Source: Nitrospirota bacterium
Lineage (GTDB): Bacteria; Nitrospirota; UBA9217
NCBI GenBank assembly: GCA_963754875.1
Contig: CAVWHO010000013.1
Coordinates: 64,001-128,000 of the forward strand
Length of the DNA: 64,000 nucleotides
Direction of reading: 5' to 3'
The notes under the pieces are model-generated. The model saw only the letters and a program-made list of their open reading frames with translations, did no database searches and was not told the DNA's origin. Every line of letters begins with the position of its first letter. Positions within the stretch are counted from its first letter, which is position 1. Positions 49,344 through 59,727 of this stretch are shown here, piece after piece. Made by a program: the position numbers and the translations under genes.

Positions 49344-50025
49344 ATGGCTGATAATCGGTGTGTTATCCTTTTTGTGAAGTTTCCGGAGCCAGGCAAAGTG
49401 AAGTCCCGTCTCGCTCGGGAGATGGACGGCGATATCGTCAAGCGCCTCTATGAGTGTATGGTCCTGGATGCGATCGATACGCTCAAACAGGCGGCGACTC
49501 CGTTCCGCATCTGTTTTGACCCGCCTGAAGCTCAAGAACGTATGCAGCAGTGGCTCGGGCAGGCTTATTCGTATATGCCGCAGATTGGCGAGGACCTTGG
49601 AGAGCGGATGGAACAGGCATTCATCCGCGTATTTTCGGAAGGAGTGGACGAGGCCCTCCTCATCGGGAGCGATATTCCTGAATTGACGGCTGCCATGATC
49701 GACGATGCCTTTCGAGACCTTGCGACCCATGATGCCGTCATCGGGCCTGCAAACGACGGCGGTTATTACTTGGTCGGGTTTAAGAAGGGCACCTTGCGCC
49801 GCCGAGATTTTTAAAAGCATGGCGTGGAGTACGAAGACGGTATTTCGAGAAACCCTCGGGAGATTGCGGAAGTCATCGCTCACCGTGTGCCTACTGCCGG
49901 TACTCACGGATATCGATACGCCAGGGGATGTGGAAGCCTTTCTGGCCCATGCGAAGAATTCAGAATCGAGGTCATCGAGGACCCATGCGTTTCTCAGAGA
50001 GCTTTGGCACGGCATCGCTAAATAG
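49344..50025 (+). CDS. TIGR04282-like glycosyltransferase (DUF2064; frameshift near 49800)
   Basis: PGKVKSRL, DLGERM, IGSDIP, GPANDGGYYL and DIDT motifs. Confidence 0.88.
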
Positions 50026-50106
50026 CTCATACAGCCCACTGTGCAGGGAGACCGTTCTGTTTCAACCCGGCTTGCAAACCGTCAGCAACTGTGGCACACT
50101 TTAATC

Positions 50107-50787
50107 ATGAGTAAACAGAAACAACGGATCATCCTGCTCGTGCTTTTTATCACCGCGATCATCCTCATCCGGTACTCGCCGTTCGGCGCGCTGTTTACCT
50201 TTGAGAATCTGAAGCAACACCGTGACTCCTTTTCACTCGACGTCCAGGGCCATTATTGGCTGTCTGTCGGCTGTTTTATCTCCCTCTACGTTCTCGTCAC
50301 CTCTCTGTCCCTGCCGGGCGCTGCAGTCCTGACCCTTGCGGGCGGATTTCTCTTCGGTACGCTTGCAGGCACAGTGTACGTGAACGTCGGCGCAACGACC
50401 GGAGCGTCCTTTGCATTTCTTTCTGCCCGTTATCTTTTGGGGAAGGGGCTGCAGGAAAGGTATCAGAGCCAGCTCAGTAAATTCAACGGCGAGATCGAGC
50501 GAAGCGGGACGAGCTATTTGCTGACGCTTCGCTTTATTCCGGTGTTTCCTTTTTTTCTCATTAATTTTCTTTCGGGTCTCACGACGATACCGCTCCGGAC
50601 GTTTATCTGGACCACGTCCCTCGGCATTATCCCGGGTACGGTCGTGTATGCCTTTGCAGGACAACAGATCGGTTCGCTCAATTCGCTATCGGAGATCCTG
50701 TCCAAAAAGGTGATCATTGCCTTTGTTGTGCTCGCGCTTTTTGCTCTGGTCCCGGCCATAGTGAATCGCACTAAAGAGACAGAATAA
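50107..50787 (+). CDS. TVP38/TMEM64 (DedA superfamily) membrane protein
   Basis: LSLPGAAVLTLAGGFLFG and LRFIPVFPF motifs. Confidence 0.92.
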   Translation: MSKQKQRIILLVLFITAIILIRYSPFGALFTFENLKQHRDSFSLDVQGHYWLSVGCFISLYVLVTSLSLPGAAVLTLAGGFLFGTLAGTVYVNVGATTGASFAFLSARYLLGKGLQERYQSQLSKFNGEIERSGTSYLLTLRFIPVFPFFLINFLSGLTTIPLRTFIWTTSLGIIPGTVVYAFAGQQIGSLNSLSEILSKKVIIAFVVLALFALVPAIVNRTKETE

Positions 50788-50823
50788 AGAGTAATTTTAT
50801 TGAGGGAGGGGGAGGCAGGGCCT

Positions 50824-51459
50824 ATGGACACCAAAAAGCAGGTTACGGAAATTTTGAAACGGCTCGAAAAGGAGTACGCCGGTACGCCGCAGACAGCGCT
50901 GAATTTTTCGACGCCCTTCGAGCTCCTCGCAGCAACCATTCTTTCAGCGCAGACCACGGACGCGCAGGTAAATAAGGTGACCGCGAACCTGTTCAAGAAA
51001 TACCGCACCATCGCCGATTTCGCGAACACGACGCCGGAAAAACTGGCACAGGACGTATCTTCGGTCAACTTCTACAAAAATAAGGCAAAGAACATCAATA
51101 ATGCAGCGAAGATGGTCCTCGCGGAATTCGGCGGCACGGTCCCCCGGACCATGGAGGAACTGGTAAACCTGCCCGGCGTTGCGCGGAAAACTGCGAATAT
51201 CGTATTGTCCATCGCCTACGGCATCAATCAGGGCATCGCCGTTGACACCCACGTGAAGCGGCTTTCCCAGCGTCTCGGCTTGACGAAGTACGATGACCCG
51301 GTAAAGATCGAGAACGACCTCATAGCCGCAACTCCGCAGAAAGACTGGGGGAACCTCTCTCATGCGCTGATCTTCCACGGTAGAAAGATCTGCCAGGCCA
51401 AGAAGCCAAACCATGGCGAATGCGTTCTGTATGACATCTGCCCCTCCAAGAACATCTGA
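50824..51459 (+). CDS. nth: Endonuclease III
   Basis: LSAQTTD, LPGVARKTAN, AVDTH and a C-terminal Fe-S Cys cluster. Confidence 0.95.
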   Translation: MDTKKQVTEILKRLEKEYAGTPQTALNFSTPFELLAATILSAQTTDAQVNKVTANLFKKYRTIADFANTTPEKLAQDVSSVNFYKNKAKNINNAAKMVLAEFGGTVPRTMEELVNLPGVARKTANIVLSIAYGINQGIAVDTHVKRLSQRLGLTKYDDPVKIENDLIAATPQKDWGNLSHALIFHGRKICQAKKPNHGECVLYDICPSKNI

Positions 51460-51569
51460 ACCCGTCCGAATAAAATCCGTTGTTTTCCGGTTTCACTCCA
51501 TGTTACAATAAATTGCTGTTGATCCGATATCCCGCCTAAGCCGTTCTTCCGCGGAGAGGAATTGACTGC

Positions 51570-52523
51570 ATGAAGAAGATATTTACCCAAACCCTGTTTT
51601 TGACTGCCTTGGCCGCGTTCGTGCTTCTGCTTGGGAACAGGCTGCGAGATGAAAAACGTGGTTGCCTCCGGCATGACCAACAGCTTGGCAAGCGGCATGA
51701 CGAGCAGCACTGCCTCCAACGCTGTCAGCAAGACAACCACCAGCACTGCAAACGAAGCGACAGGCAGCCGTTTGAAAAGCCGCCTCAGCAGCAGCACAAC
51801 GAACAGCCTTTCCTCCTCCGTGACGGGCAGCCGTTTAAAAAGCCGCCTCACCAGCAGCATGACGAACAGCCTTTCCTCCTCCGCGACGGGCAGCTGCTTA
51901 AAAAGACGCCTCACCAGCTGCGCAACAGGCACGCAGGTCGTTCTCTCCCCTTATGCCGAGGAAATCTGCAGGACCATAAAATTCGACCGACAAGTCCTCG
52001 TTATCGTGAAAGAGATGACCCATGACCGCATCGGGCGGCTTGTCGGCTTCGATGAAAATGGATACCAGATCATTGCCCCCGGGATCGTTGTTTCCGTGCC
52101 GGAGGACAAGACGAGACAGCATTCTTGAAAGCGCTCCGCCACAGGTTGCAGCCTCTTCACTATATGGCATTTGTCGTGGAGATGAACGACGCAATCAAGG
52201 TCGACAAGATCGGCGTTATGAAAGGTACCGACCAGTACGAGATCCTTCGCATCATGCACACGGACGGAGATGATTACGACATATCCAACCAGGACGTGAT
52301 TGACTGGCTGAAGGAGTTGGAGAGAAAGGCGCCTTTCGAGATTATCGGTGCGGACAGCGACTGGGTCGAGATCGAGTTTAAAACACTGCCGAAGGACCTG
52401 AAAGCATTTGCCGAGGAAGTGTATGATTTTTGTCCTGATGCTGTTGACCAGGGCCCGGGTTCAGTCGAGGATCTCGTCAAGGAGATCAGAAAAACGAATC
52501 GTCTCTTCCTGTGGTGGGATTAG
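51570..52523 (+). CDS. DUF4253-domain lipoprotein with Ser/Thr-rich repeat linker (2 frameshifts)
   Basis: Signal peptide and lipobox GTGC; C-terminal FCPDAVDQG...LFLWWD. Confidence 0.8.
51759..51921 (+). repeat. Intragenic 63-bp tandem repeat (about 2.6 copies)
   Basis: Units start at 51759, 51822 and 51885 and encode TGSRLKSRLxSSxTNSLSSSx. Confidence 0.85.
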
Positions 52524-52564
52524 CGTCCGTTGAGTGATCGAGCGGGATTTCACGGAATTGTGCA

Positions 52565-52596
52565 TAAAAAAAGCAGGCGGGATTCCGCCTGCTTTA
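52565..52596. terminator. Intrinsic terminator
   Basis: AAAGCAGGCGG-GATT-CCGCCTGCTTT between convergent genes. Confidence 0.75.
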
Positions 52597-52660
52597 AAAC
52601 AGTTGCATCCAAGATAACATGTTTTCCCGCTGAGAATAATAAAATAGCGGTATAGTGAAA

Positions 52661-52908
52661 CTACTTGCCTGCCGGTGCTGCCGGAGCTGCTGCCGCCGGA
52701 GCTGCCTCTTCCTTCTTTGCAGCTTTGCCTTCTTGGCGACCTTCTTCTTTGCCTTCTTGTGCGCTCTTTGCCTTCTTTGCCGGGGCGCCTTCTCTGCCAT
52801 CGTCTCCGCAGGAGCTGCCGCCGGTGCCGCTGCCTTCTCCTCTGCGAACGCTACGCCGAGGGTAAGAGCAAACGCCATTGCCGTGAAAAGAGCAATAATC
52901 TTCTTCAT
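52661..52908 (-). CDS. Small secreted Ala/Lys/Pro-rich protein (Asr-like; frameshifted)
   Basis: GGGAGG RBS; signal peptide ending AFA; AAPAAAP and KKAKKK low-complexity segments. Confidence 0.7.
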
Positions 52909-53513
52909 TCAGTTTCACCTCCCTTCCGTTTTTAGAGATGCGTAAATGTAGCAGATTGTATAATTCTTGTCAAGCGTAAAGAAGGGGCCGAATTGACTCA
53001 CAATAAATGTTACCCAACAGCATTTTGAGAAGTATCGTTGACTCAGAATGCATGTTACCGGAACTATACCCCCAAAAGGAGGGTTGCGCCTAGTACTTAA
53101 ATAAGACTCTTCGTTAATGACTTGAAAAACCTCGTAACCATGCGCCGCGAAATAAAAGATTATTTTACGGTTTTGCCCGGGCATTGTACGATTGTTCAAG
53201 AGGGGAAGTCCATCCGGCGCGCTCCTTGTTTTGCCGACATCCTAGTTCGTCATTCATGAACGCAGGAAAACCAGTCATTTCTTGACAAACTACAGTGATT
53301 ACGTTAGATTTGCTTTACGTTGTCCGCAGTCGTAATATGGTATTGTGGCCATTGTGTCGCAGGATAGTCTGCCTTCGGCCCGCGGTTCTATTATGCTTAC
53401 GAGCGACCAATCTTTCATACCCGCACTATCTCCGGGAAGGAACAGAGCAGGGAAGACCGGGGGCCGGAAACAGAGGCCGCGGATCGACGGATTCTGCATT
53501 TTGATTTTCCCGT

Positions 53514-54618
53514 ATGATCACATCGGCATTCAAACGAATCAGACATGTCAGGGTGTATGTGCTCGCGGGCCTGCTGGCGATCATCTCGCTCCTGCATTAC
53601 ATCGCAGGCGGTGCGGCCGCGGGCATGCTCCACGGTCTTCTCGGCCATCTCTACATCGTGCCCATCATCCTCGGCGCTTACTGGTACGGGATGAAAGGCG
53701 GCGTGATCGTATCCATAACGTCCGCCGTGCTGTTTTCTCCTCATCTTTTTCTGCACTGGCATGACCCGTTCCTCGATGTATATAATTACGTCGAACTGTT
53801 TCTCTTTCTCCTGATCGGAGGGGTCACCGGCGTGCTGAGCCAGATGGAGCGAAACCAGCGCATGCGGTACGAGGAGGCGCTGCAGCGGCTCGACGAATCC
53901 CACCGGAAACTCAAGGAGCAGACCGACGTGTTGTTCCAGACCGAAGAACAGCTGCGACGGGCCGACCGTCTGTCCGCGCTGGGCGAGCTTGTCCGCGGGC
54001 ATGGCACATGAGATCCGCAATCCGCTCGGTTCGATCAAGGGCGCCGTCGAGATCCTGAAGGACGACTATTCGCCCGACGAGGCCAAGTACGAGTTCATCC
54101 AGATCCTCCTGAAGGAAACGGACCGGCTGAACGCGATCGTGCAGGAGTTCCTCGGCTTTGCCCGGCCCAAGCAGCCGGAGTTCCAGCTTGCGGACGTAAA
54201 CGAGACGATCGAGTCCGTGCTGATGTTGACGGCGCAGGAGGCCAGGAGATCGAGGGTCGGCGTCGAAAAAAAATTCGATCCTTCCATCGGGAAGAGGAAG
54301 CTTGATGCCGGGCTGCTCAAACAGGCGTTTCTGAACATGGTCCTGAACGCCATCCAGGCAATGCCGAACGGCGGGAGGCTGACCGTGGAAACCGGTCTCC
54401 GAAACGAAATGCTGGAAGTGAAAATCATCGACACGGGGAACGGCATCCCGGAGGAAAACCGGAAAAAGCTCTTCAGCCCTTTTTTCACGACGAAGAAGAA
54501 CGGCACCGGCCTCGGTCTCGCGATCACCTACCGGATCATCGAGAACCATCGCGGCACGATCGATGTCGCGAGCGAGCCGGGCAGGGGAACGACGTTTACG
54601 GTGAAGATTCCGGTTTGA
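53514..54618 (+). CDS. Membrane sensor histidine kinase (frameshift near 53995)
   Basis: His-containing TM region; AHEIRNPL H-box; N, G1, F and G2 boxes. Confidence 0.9.
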
Positions 54619-54691
54619 GTAAACTTATGGAGCGAGCCGACCATGTCGGCGTTACAGGTGTTTACGGCAACGTGGTTGCCCTGGTCCAAAT

Positions 54692-56044
54692 ATGATAAAA
54701 TCTTCCATCCTCCTTATAGACGATGACGACAGCCTGCGCCGGGTCATGGAGTTCAGTCTGACGGAAGCGGGGTATCGCGTCCAGACCGCGTCGAGCGGCG
54801 AGGAGGGGCTGCGGCTCTTTGAGAAGAACACCTTTGACGCCGTCATTTCCGACATTACCATGCCCGGCATGGGCGGCATGGAGGTCCTGGGAAAGATCCA
54901 CGAGCAGGACGCCCACATTCCGGTGATCATGATAACCGCCTACGGCACGATCGAGAGCGCCGTGGATGCGATGAAACAGGGGGCCTTCGATTATATCACC
55001 AAGCCGTTCAACCGCGACGAACTCCGGCTGACACTCGACAAGGCGCTCAGGATGCGCAGGCTCGAGAAGGAAAACATCGAGCTCAGGTCCGAAGTCACGG
55101 ACCGCTATCGTTTTGACAGCATCATCGGCGGCAGCGAGAAAATCCGTGAAGTGCTCGACTTGGCCGGCCGCGTGGCCGCAAGCGATGCAACGGTCCTGAT
55201 CACGGGCGAGCGGGGGACCGGGAAGGAGCTTCTCGCGAAGGGCATCCATTTCAACAGTTCCCGCGCAAGGGGCCCCTTCGTAGCGGTCAACTGCGCGGCC
55301 ATTCCGGAAACGCTGATCGAGAGCGAGTTGTTCGGCCACGTGAAGGGGGCCTTTACCGGCGCAGGCAAGGACAAGGAAGGCAAGTTTGAACTTGCCGACG
55401 GGGGAACGATATTACTGGACGAGATCGGAGAGCTTCGCATCGATCTCCAGGCAAAAATACTCCGGGTCCTGCAGGAGCGGACCGTCGACCGGCTCGGCGA
55501 CAGGGCATCCATTCCCGTGGATGTCCGGGTCATTGCGTCGACGAACCTGGACATCGAACAGGCGATCAGGGAAGGCAAGTTCCGTGAGGACCTGTATGAT
55601 CGCATAAACGTTGTGGGCCTGAGAATGCCGCCTCTCCGCGAGCGCAGGGACGACATCCCGCTGCTCATACAGTATTTTCTCAAAAAATTCAACAAGGATG
55701 CATCGGCCGGCATCGAACAAGAAGCGATGGCCGTGCTCCTGTCATACGGCTGGCCCGGCAACGTGCGCGAACTGGAGAGCGTGATCGAGCGGGCATCGGT
55801 GCTGAAGCGCGGGAGCATGGTTACGTCCGACGACCTGCCGGAAAAACTCAGGAAAGAAAAGAACAGCGTCGAGAATATCCTGTTGAACCTGCCGGAGGAA
55901 GGCATCGCGCTCGAGGAACTGGAAAAGAGCCTCATCGTCAAGGCGCTCGAAAAGAACAAAGGCAACCAGACCCGTGCCGCCGAATATCTCGGCATCACGA
56001 GGCCGACACTCATTTACCGAATGGAAAAATTCGGGCTCAAATAG
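54692..56044 (+). CDS. Sigma54-dependent response regulator (NtrC/ZraR family)
   Basis: Receiver domain; GERGTGKE, GAFTGA and WPGNVREL; Fis-type HTH. Confidence 0.95.
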   Translation: MIKSSILLIDDDDSLRRVMEFSLTEAGYRVQTASSGEEGLRLFEKNTFDAVISDITMPGMGGMEVLGKIHEQDAHIPVIMITAYGTIESAVDAMKQGAFDYITKPFNRDELRLTLDKALRMRRLEKENIELRSEVTDRYRFDSIIGGSEKIREVLDLAGRVAASDATVLITGERGTGKELLAKGIHFNSSRARGPFVAVNCAAIPETLIESELFGHVKGAFTGAGKDKEGKFELADGGTILLDEIGELRIDLQAKILRVLQERTVDRLGDRASIPVDVRVIASTNLDIEQAIREGKFREDLYDRINVVGLRMPPLRERRDDIPLLIQYFLKKFNKDASAGIEQEAMAVLLSYGWPGNVRELESVIERASVLKRGSMVTSDDLPEKLRKEKNSVENILLNLPEEGIALEELEKSLIVKALEKNKGNQTRAAEYLGITRPTLIYRMEKFGLK

Positions 56045-56140
56045 CATGATGCAGGATGCAGGACACATGATAGAGACCCGGCAAAAAGCTCTTTTGCGGG
56101 AATCTGTAATCGTGTATCATGAATCATGCATCGTGAATCT
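56045..56140. repeat. Inverted array of short (about 7-nt) repeats
   Basis: GATGCAGGATGCAGGACACATGA ... TCGTGTATCATGAATCATGCATCGTGAATC. Confidence 0.5.
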
Positions 56141-56160
56141 CATTTCACGAGGAGGAAGGT

Positions 56161-56367
56161 ATGGCTACAAAAACACTGAAGATCCAGGGAATGACGTGCA
56201 ATCACTGCGTGATGCGGGTGGCAAAGGCGCTGAAGGCGGTGCCCGGTGTCCAGGATGCGAACGTCGATTTGCAGAAAGCGGAGGCCTCGGTCACCTTTGA
56301 CGAATCGAAAGTCGCCCTGGAAAAATTGTCCGCCGCCGTTGTTGACGCGGGATATAAGGTCGTATAA
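56161..56367 (+). CDS. copZ: Copper chaperone CopZ (HMA domain)
   Basis: GMTCNHC motif; C-terminal DAGYKV. Confidence 0.92.
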   Translation: MATKTLKIQGMTCNHCVMRVAKALKAVPGVQDANVDLQKAEASVTFDESKVALEKLSAAVVDAGYKVV

Positions 56368-56595
56368 AGGCCAGGACGCCACCGTAGCATACAGCAAAGA
56401 CCCTTCGGTTTTGCCGCTCTGTGGAAGGCATCGGGGGGTCTTTCTTTTTTTGCAGGATCGCTGATCGTGTTCAACCGCGTACGGGCGCGCCTGCTTGATT
56501 GCTTGACAACGCGTAAACCCGTCAGTATAATTCCATTCGCTACCTGCTCAACGCGGGACACAGAACTGGATGGACAGGTGAGGGAAAGGCAGCAG

Positions 56596-57354
56596 ATGGA
56601 CCAGCCTGGCATATGGAAGGTCATATTCGCAAGACGATTCAAGCGCCAGCTTCCGTTCGACGTCGAACACTGCTCGCCGATCGCGCTCCGGGCCATTGTC
56701 CTCGATGTCCATACTCCTTCGCATGTTCTCGACCGGATCGCCCAGACCTACAGTGATGACGAGGAGCTTTTGCGCGACCTCGTGCTCTGCCCCAACCTGG
56801 ACGAGACGACGTTGGCGTTCATTGCACTGACCGCATCGGAAGAAATCAGACACTACATTGCCCAAACGCGGGTCATTGATGTCGTGATGGGGGAATCGTC
56901 AGGCGATGCTGCGACAGAATCAAAAGGTGCGAAAAAACTCAACTTACAGCAGGTCATCCAGAGAATGAGTCCGGCCCAGAAAATCAAGCTGGCCTTAGTC
57001 GGCGCCAAGGACGCGCGCGGCATGCTGATCCGGGAATCGAGCAAAATCATTGCGGTGTCGGTGCTCGGGAACCCCCGGATCACGCTCGGGGAAATCGAGT
57101 TTTTTGCCAAGTCGCCGAACCTGAGTGAAGATGTCATCCGCAAAATCGCGATAAACTCTGAATGGACGAGGAAAAATACTGTCGTCAGCGCGCTGGTAAA
57201 CAATCCCAAAACACCGGTGGGCGTTTCGCTGCCTTTTGTGAACAGACTGGCTGACCGGGAACTCGCTGTCCTGGAAAAGAGCCGCGGCATACCCGTAGCA
57301 GTACGGACAGCGGCAAGAAATCTGCTCGCCAAGAGAAAGCTGGGCAAAGGATAA
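56596..57354 (+). CDS. Conserved hypothetical helical-repeat protein
   Basis: QKIKLALVG, VLGNPRIT and LVNNPKTP LRV-like repeats; start uncertain. Confidence 0.7.
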   Translation: MDQPGIWKVIFARRFKRQLPFDVEHCSPIALRAIVLDVHTPSHVLDRIAQTYSDDEELLRDLVLCPNLDETTLAFIALTASEEIRHYIAQTRVIDVVMGESSGDAATESKGAKKLNLQQVIQRMSPAQKIKLALVGAKDARGMLIRESSKIIAVSVLGNPRITLGEIEFFAKSPNLSEDVIRKIAINSEWTRKNTVVSALVNNPKTPVGVSLPFVNRLADRELAVLEKSRGIPVAVRTAARNLLAKRKLGKG

Positions 57355-57428
57355 GTCCCCTGTTACTTCCGCCCGCACACGGAGTTCCTTATTTTTCAAG
57401 ACCCCTTGCAAGGAGACTGCTCATCAAT

Positions 57429-58421
57429 ATGAAGCGCTTGTTGTTATTTGTCTTGACCGGGCTCGTGCTCACCACCGCGTGCGCGAGGCAACGGACCGTG
57501 CAGAAGTCCGAAACGATCATGGGCACGGAGATCACCATCACGGTCGTTGCACGGTCGGCCGCGGAAGGCGATGCGGCCATCGAAGCCGGCATGGCTGAAC
57601 TACGGCGGCTTGATGCGATGATGTCCCTGTACAAGGACACCAGCGAAATCACGGCAGTGAATCTGGCAGCAGGGAAGCATCCCGTTAAAGTCTCGCCGGA
57701 GATGATCGAGGTTGTGGAGGATGCCGCAGTGATTTCGAAGCTTTCGAAGGGCGTCTTTGATCTGACCATCGGCCCCCTTGTCGTCCTGTGGCAGATGCGG
57801 CTGAAAGAAGGCAAGATACCGACGGATGCTGAAATAGCCAGGATCAAGCCGCTGGTGAACTACCGGAACATCGTGGTCGACAAAAAGTCGTCTACGATCT
57901 ATCTCAAGAAAGCCGGCATGATCATGGACTTCGGAGGCATGAAGGGATATGCCGCGGACCGGGTGGCCGCGATATTCAGGAAGCGCGGCATCGCCAATGC
58001 CGTGATCGCCGTTGCAGGCGATATCTGGGTTTTGGGGCACCGGGATGACGGCAAACCGTGGAGGATCGGCGTGCAGCATCCGCGGGAGCACGATAAAGTC
58101 CTTGCCGTTCTGGACCTGAGCGACAAGTATGTTTCCACCTCCGGAGATTATGAACGGTTTGTCATCAGGGAAAAAAAGCGCTACCATCATATTATCGACC
58201 CGCGGACCGGTAAACCGTCGAAAGGGGTCATTTCCGCGACCCTCGTTGGAGACAAGGGCGCGTTCATCGATCCACTGACCAAGGTGCCCTTTATTCTGGG
58301 ACCTGAAGAAGGACTAAAAATCGTTAGAAAACTCGGCGCCCAGGCAATTATCGTGGACGACCAGGGCAAGGTTTACACGACTGACGGGATCAAAAGTCTT
58401 CTGGATCGGCAGGCCAAATGA
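57429..58421 (+). CDS. apbE: FAD:protein FMN transferase lipoprotein
   Basis: Lipobox; IMGT, FDLTIGP, KGYA, STSGDYER and HHIIDPRTG motifs. Confidence 0.93.
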   Translation: MKRLLLFVLTGLVLTTACARQRTVQKSETIMGTEITITVVARSAAEGDAAIEAGMAELRRLDAMMSLYKDTSEITAVNLAAGKHPVKVSPEMIEVVEDAAVISKLSKGVFDLTIGPLVVLWQMRLKEGKIPTDAEIARIKPLVNYRNIVVDKKSSTIYLKKAGMIMDFGGMKGYAADRVAAIFRKRGIANAVIAVAGDIWVLGHRDDGKPWRIGVQHPREHDKVLAVLDLSDKYVSTSGDYERFVIREKKRYHHIIDPRTGKPSKGVISATLVGDKGAFIDPLTKVPFILGPEEGLKIVRKLGAQAIIVDDQGKVYTTDGIKSLLDRQAK

Positions 58422-58499
58422 TGCGGGCCTTGTATGTTCACTCCAACGAGTCAGCATCAGCGGTTTTATCCTGATTGTATTCCCGAGAGGAGTGGCAAC

Positions 58500-58940
58500 A
58501 TGCAAAAATTTCCCCCAAGAAAAGTGATGTTCCTCTGTACAGGAAACTCCTGCAGGAGCCAGATGGCCGAAGGCCTCGCTCGTATACTGGGAAGGGCCGT
58601 CCTGGTGCCCTACAGCGCGGGGCTTTTGGCAGCAGGCGTCCATCCGCGCGCCATTGCCGTGATGAGGGAAATCGGCATCGATATCTCGAAGCAGAGGTCC
58701 AAGGAGATCGACGAGGCGCTGCTCATGACCATGGACATGGTGATCACGCTTTGTTCCAGGGCCGAGGAGGCATGCCCCATCACTCCTCCCGGGATTCAGC
58801 GGTTACACTGGCCGATCAAAGATCCCGTTGCGACCATCGGGTCCGGGGAAGAGGTAATGAAGGATTTCAGGCGCGCACGGGACGAGATCAAGGAGAAAAT
58901 CATAGAATTCGTGGATAAAGTGAAGAATGAACGGGCCTGA
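58500..58940 (+). CDS. arsC: Thioredoxin-coupled arsenate reductase (LMW-PTP fold)
   Basis: CTGNSCRSQMAE; ITLC...ACP; HW..KDP. Confidence 0.9.
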   Translation: MQKFPPRKVMFLCTGNSCRSQMAEGLARILGRAVLVPYSAGLLAAGVHPRAIAVMREIGIDISKQRSKEIDEALLMTMDMVITLCSRAEEACPITPPGIQRLHWPIKDPVATIGSGEEVMKDFRRARDEIKEKIIEFVDKVKNERA

Positions 58941-59097
58941 AACGGTCAGCTGCGGAAAATGCATTTGCATAATATAAAACGCTGTTATATCCCAAAAAAA
59001 AGGTTGCGAACGCCCAACAAGGCTGGTAATATAAGAAACTTACTTTATTCGATACCCTGAGACAAGGTTGTCTCAGTACAACAGCAAGGAGGAAGTA

Positions 59098-59403
59098 ATG
59101 GTCAGTTTGACGGACAGCGCAGTAGTTAAGTTCAAGGAAGTCGTTGCAAAACAGGGATCTGCCGAAGACGGAGTACGGATCTTCGTCGTTCCAGGCGGTT
59201 GAAGCCCTTCGTTGGCTATGGACATAGCCAAAGCGGCCCAGGCGGGCGACACGACCATTGAATTGAATGGTCTGAAGATTTTCCTGGAGGAGCGGGCAAA
59301 CGGCATGCTCATGAATACCAGCATCGATTTCCAGGAGAATCAGGGCTTCGTGCTTTCGGGCATGCAGCCGAGTTCATGCGGTTCTTCCTGCAGCACCTGC
59401 TGA
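59098..59403 (+). CDS. HesB/IscA-like probable selenoprotein (UGA at 59200-59202)
   Basis: AGGAGG RBS; MVSLTDSA...VRIFVVPGG-U-SPSLAM in frame; TTGGCTAT-GGAC-ATAGCCAA hairpin 9 nt after the UGA. Confidence 0.85.
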
Positions 59404-59429
59404 TACGGTTTCATCTCAAGCAATCTAAC

Positions 59430-59466
59430 GACCGCTGTTTTCTCCTGAAAACAGCGGTTTTCTTTT
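59430..59466 (+). terminator. Intrinsic terminator
   Basis: ACCGCTGTTTTC-TCCT-GAAAACAGCGGT followed by a T-tract. Confidence 0.75.
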
Positions 59467-59727
59467 GTACGCCCAGCCGGGCGCTTCTCCTGATCGATCC
59501 CGCAACAGCATCTTTTCTCCTGTAAGAATAATGAGTATTCGGCATTTCCCGACTATATCCATAAAATCCAGCACACATATTTTTGCTACAATATAATAAG
59601 ATAATAAGCAGATTTTCTTTTTTTAACGCACAATCTGTTACACACTGCACCATGCTCCTTCAGAGGCAGTGAACGAGAAGGAGAGGAAAAAATGAACAAC
59701 AATCAGGACACGTACGGGACTCATAAC

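Noticed and set aside
51759..51921. Tandem repeat as a CRISPR array, or the QQQH-repeat reading frame (51570..52025) as the real protein
   Set aside because: There are no unique spacers; the Ser/Thr frame connects the lipobox to the downstream domain
53280..53500. Possible structured ncRNA upstream of the histidine kinase
   Set aside because: Some GC-rich complementarity, but I recognise no family consensus
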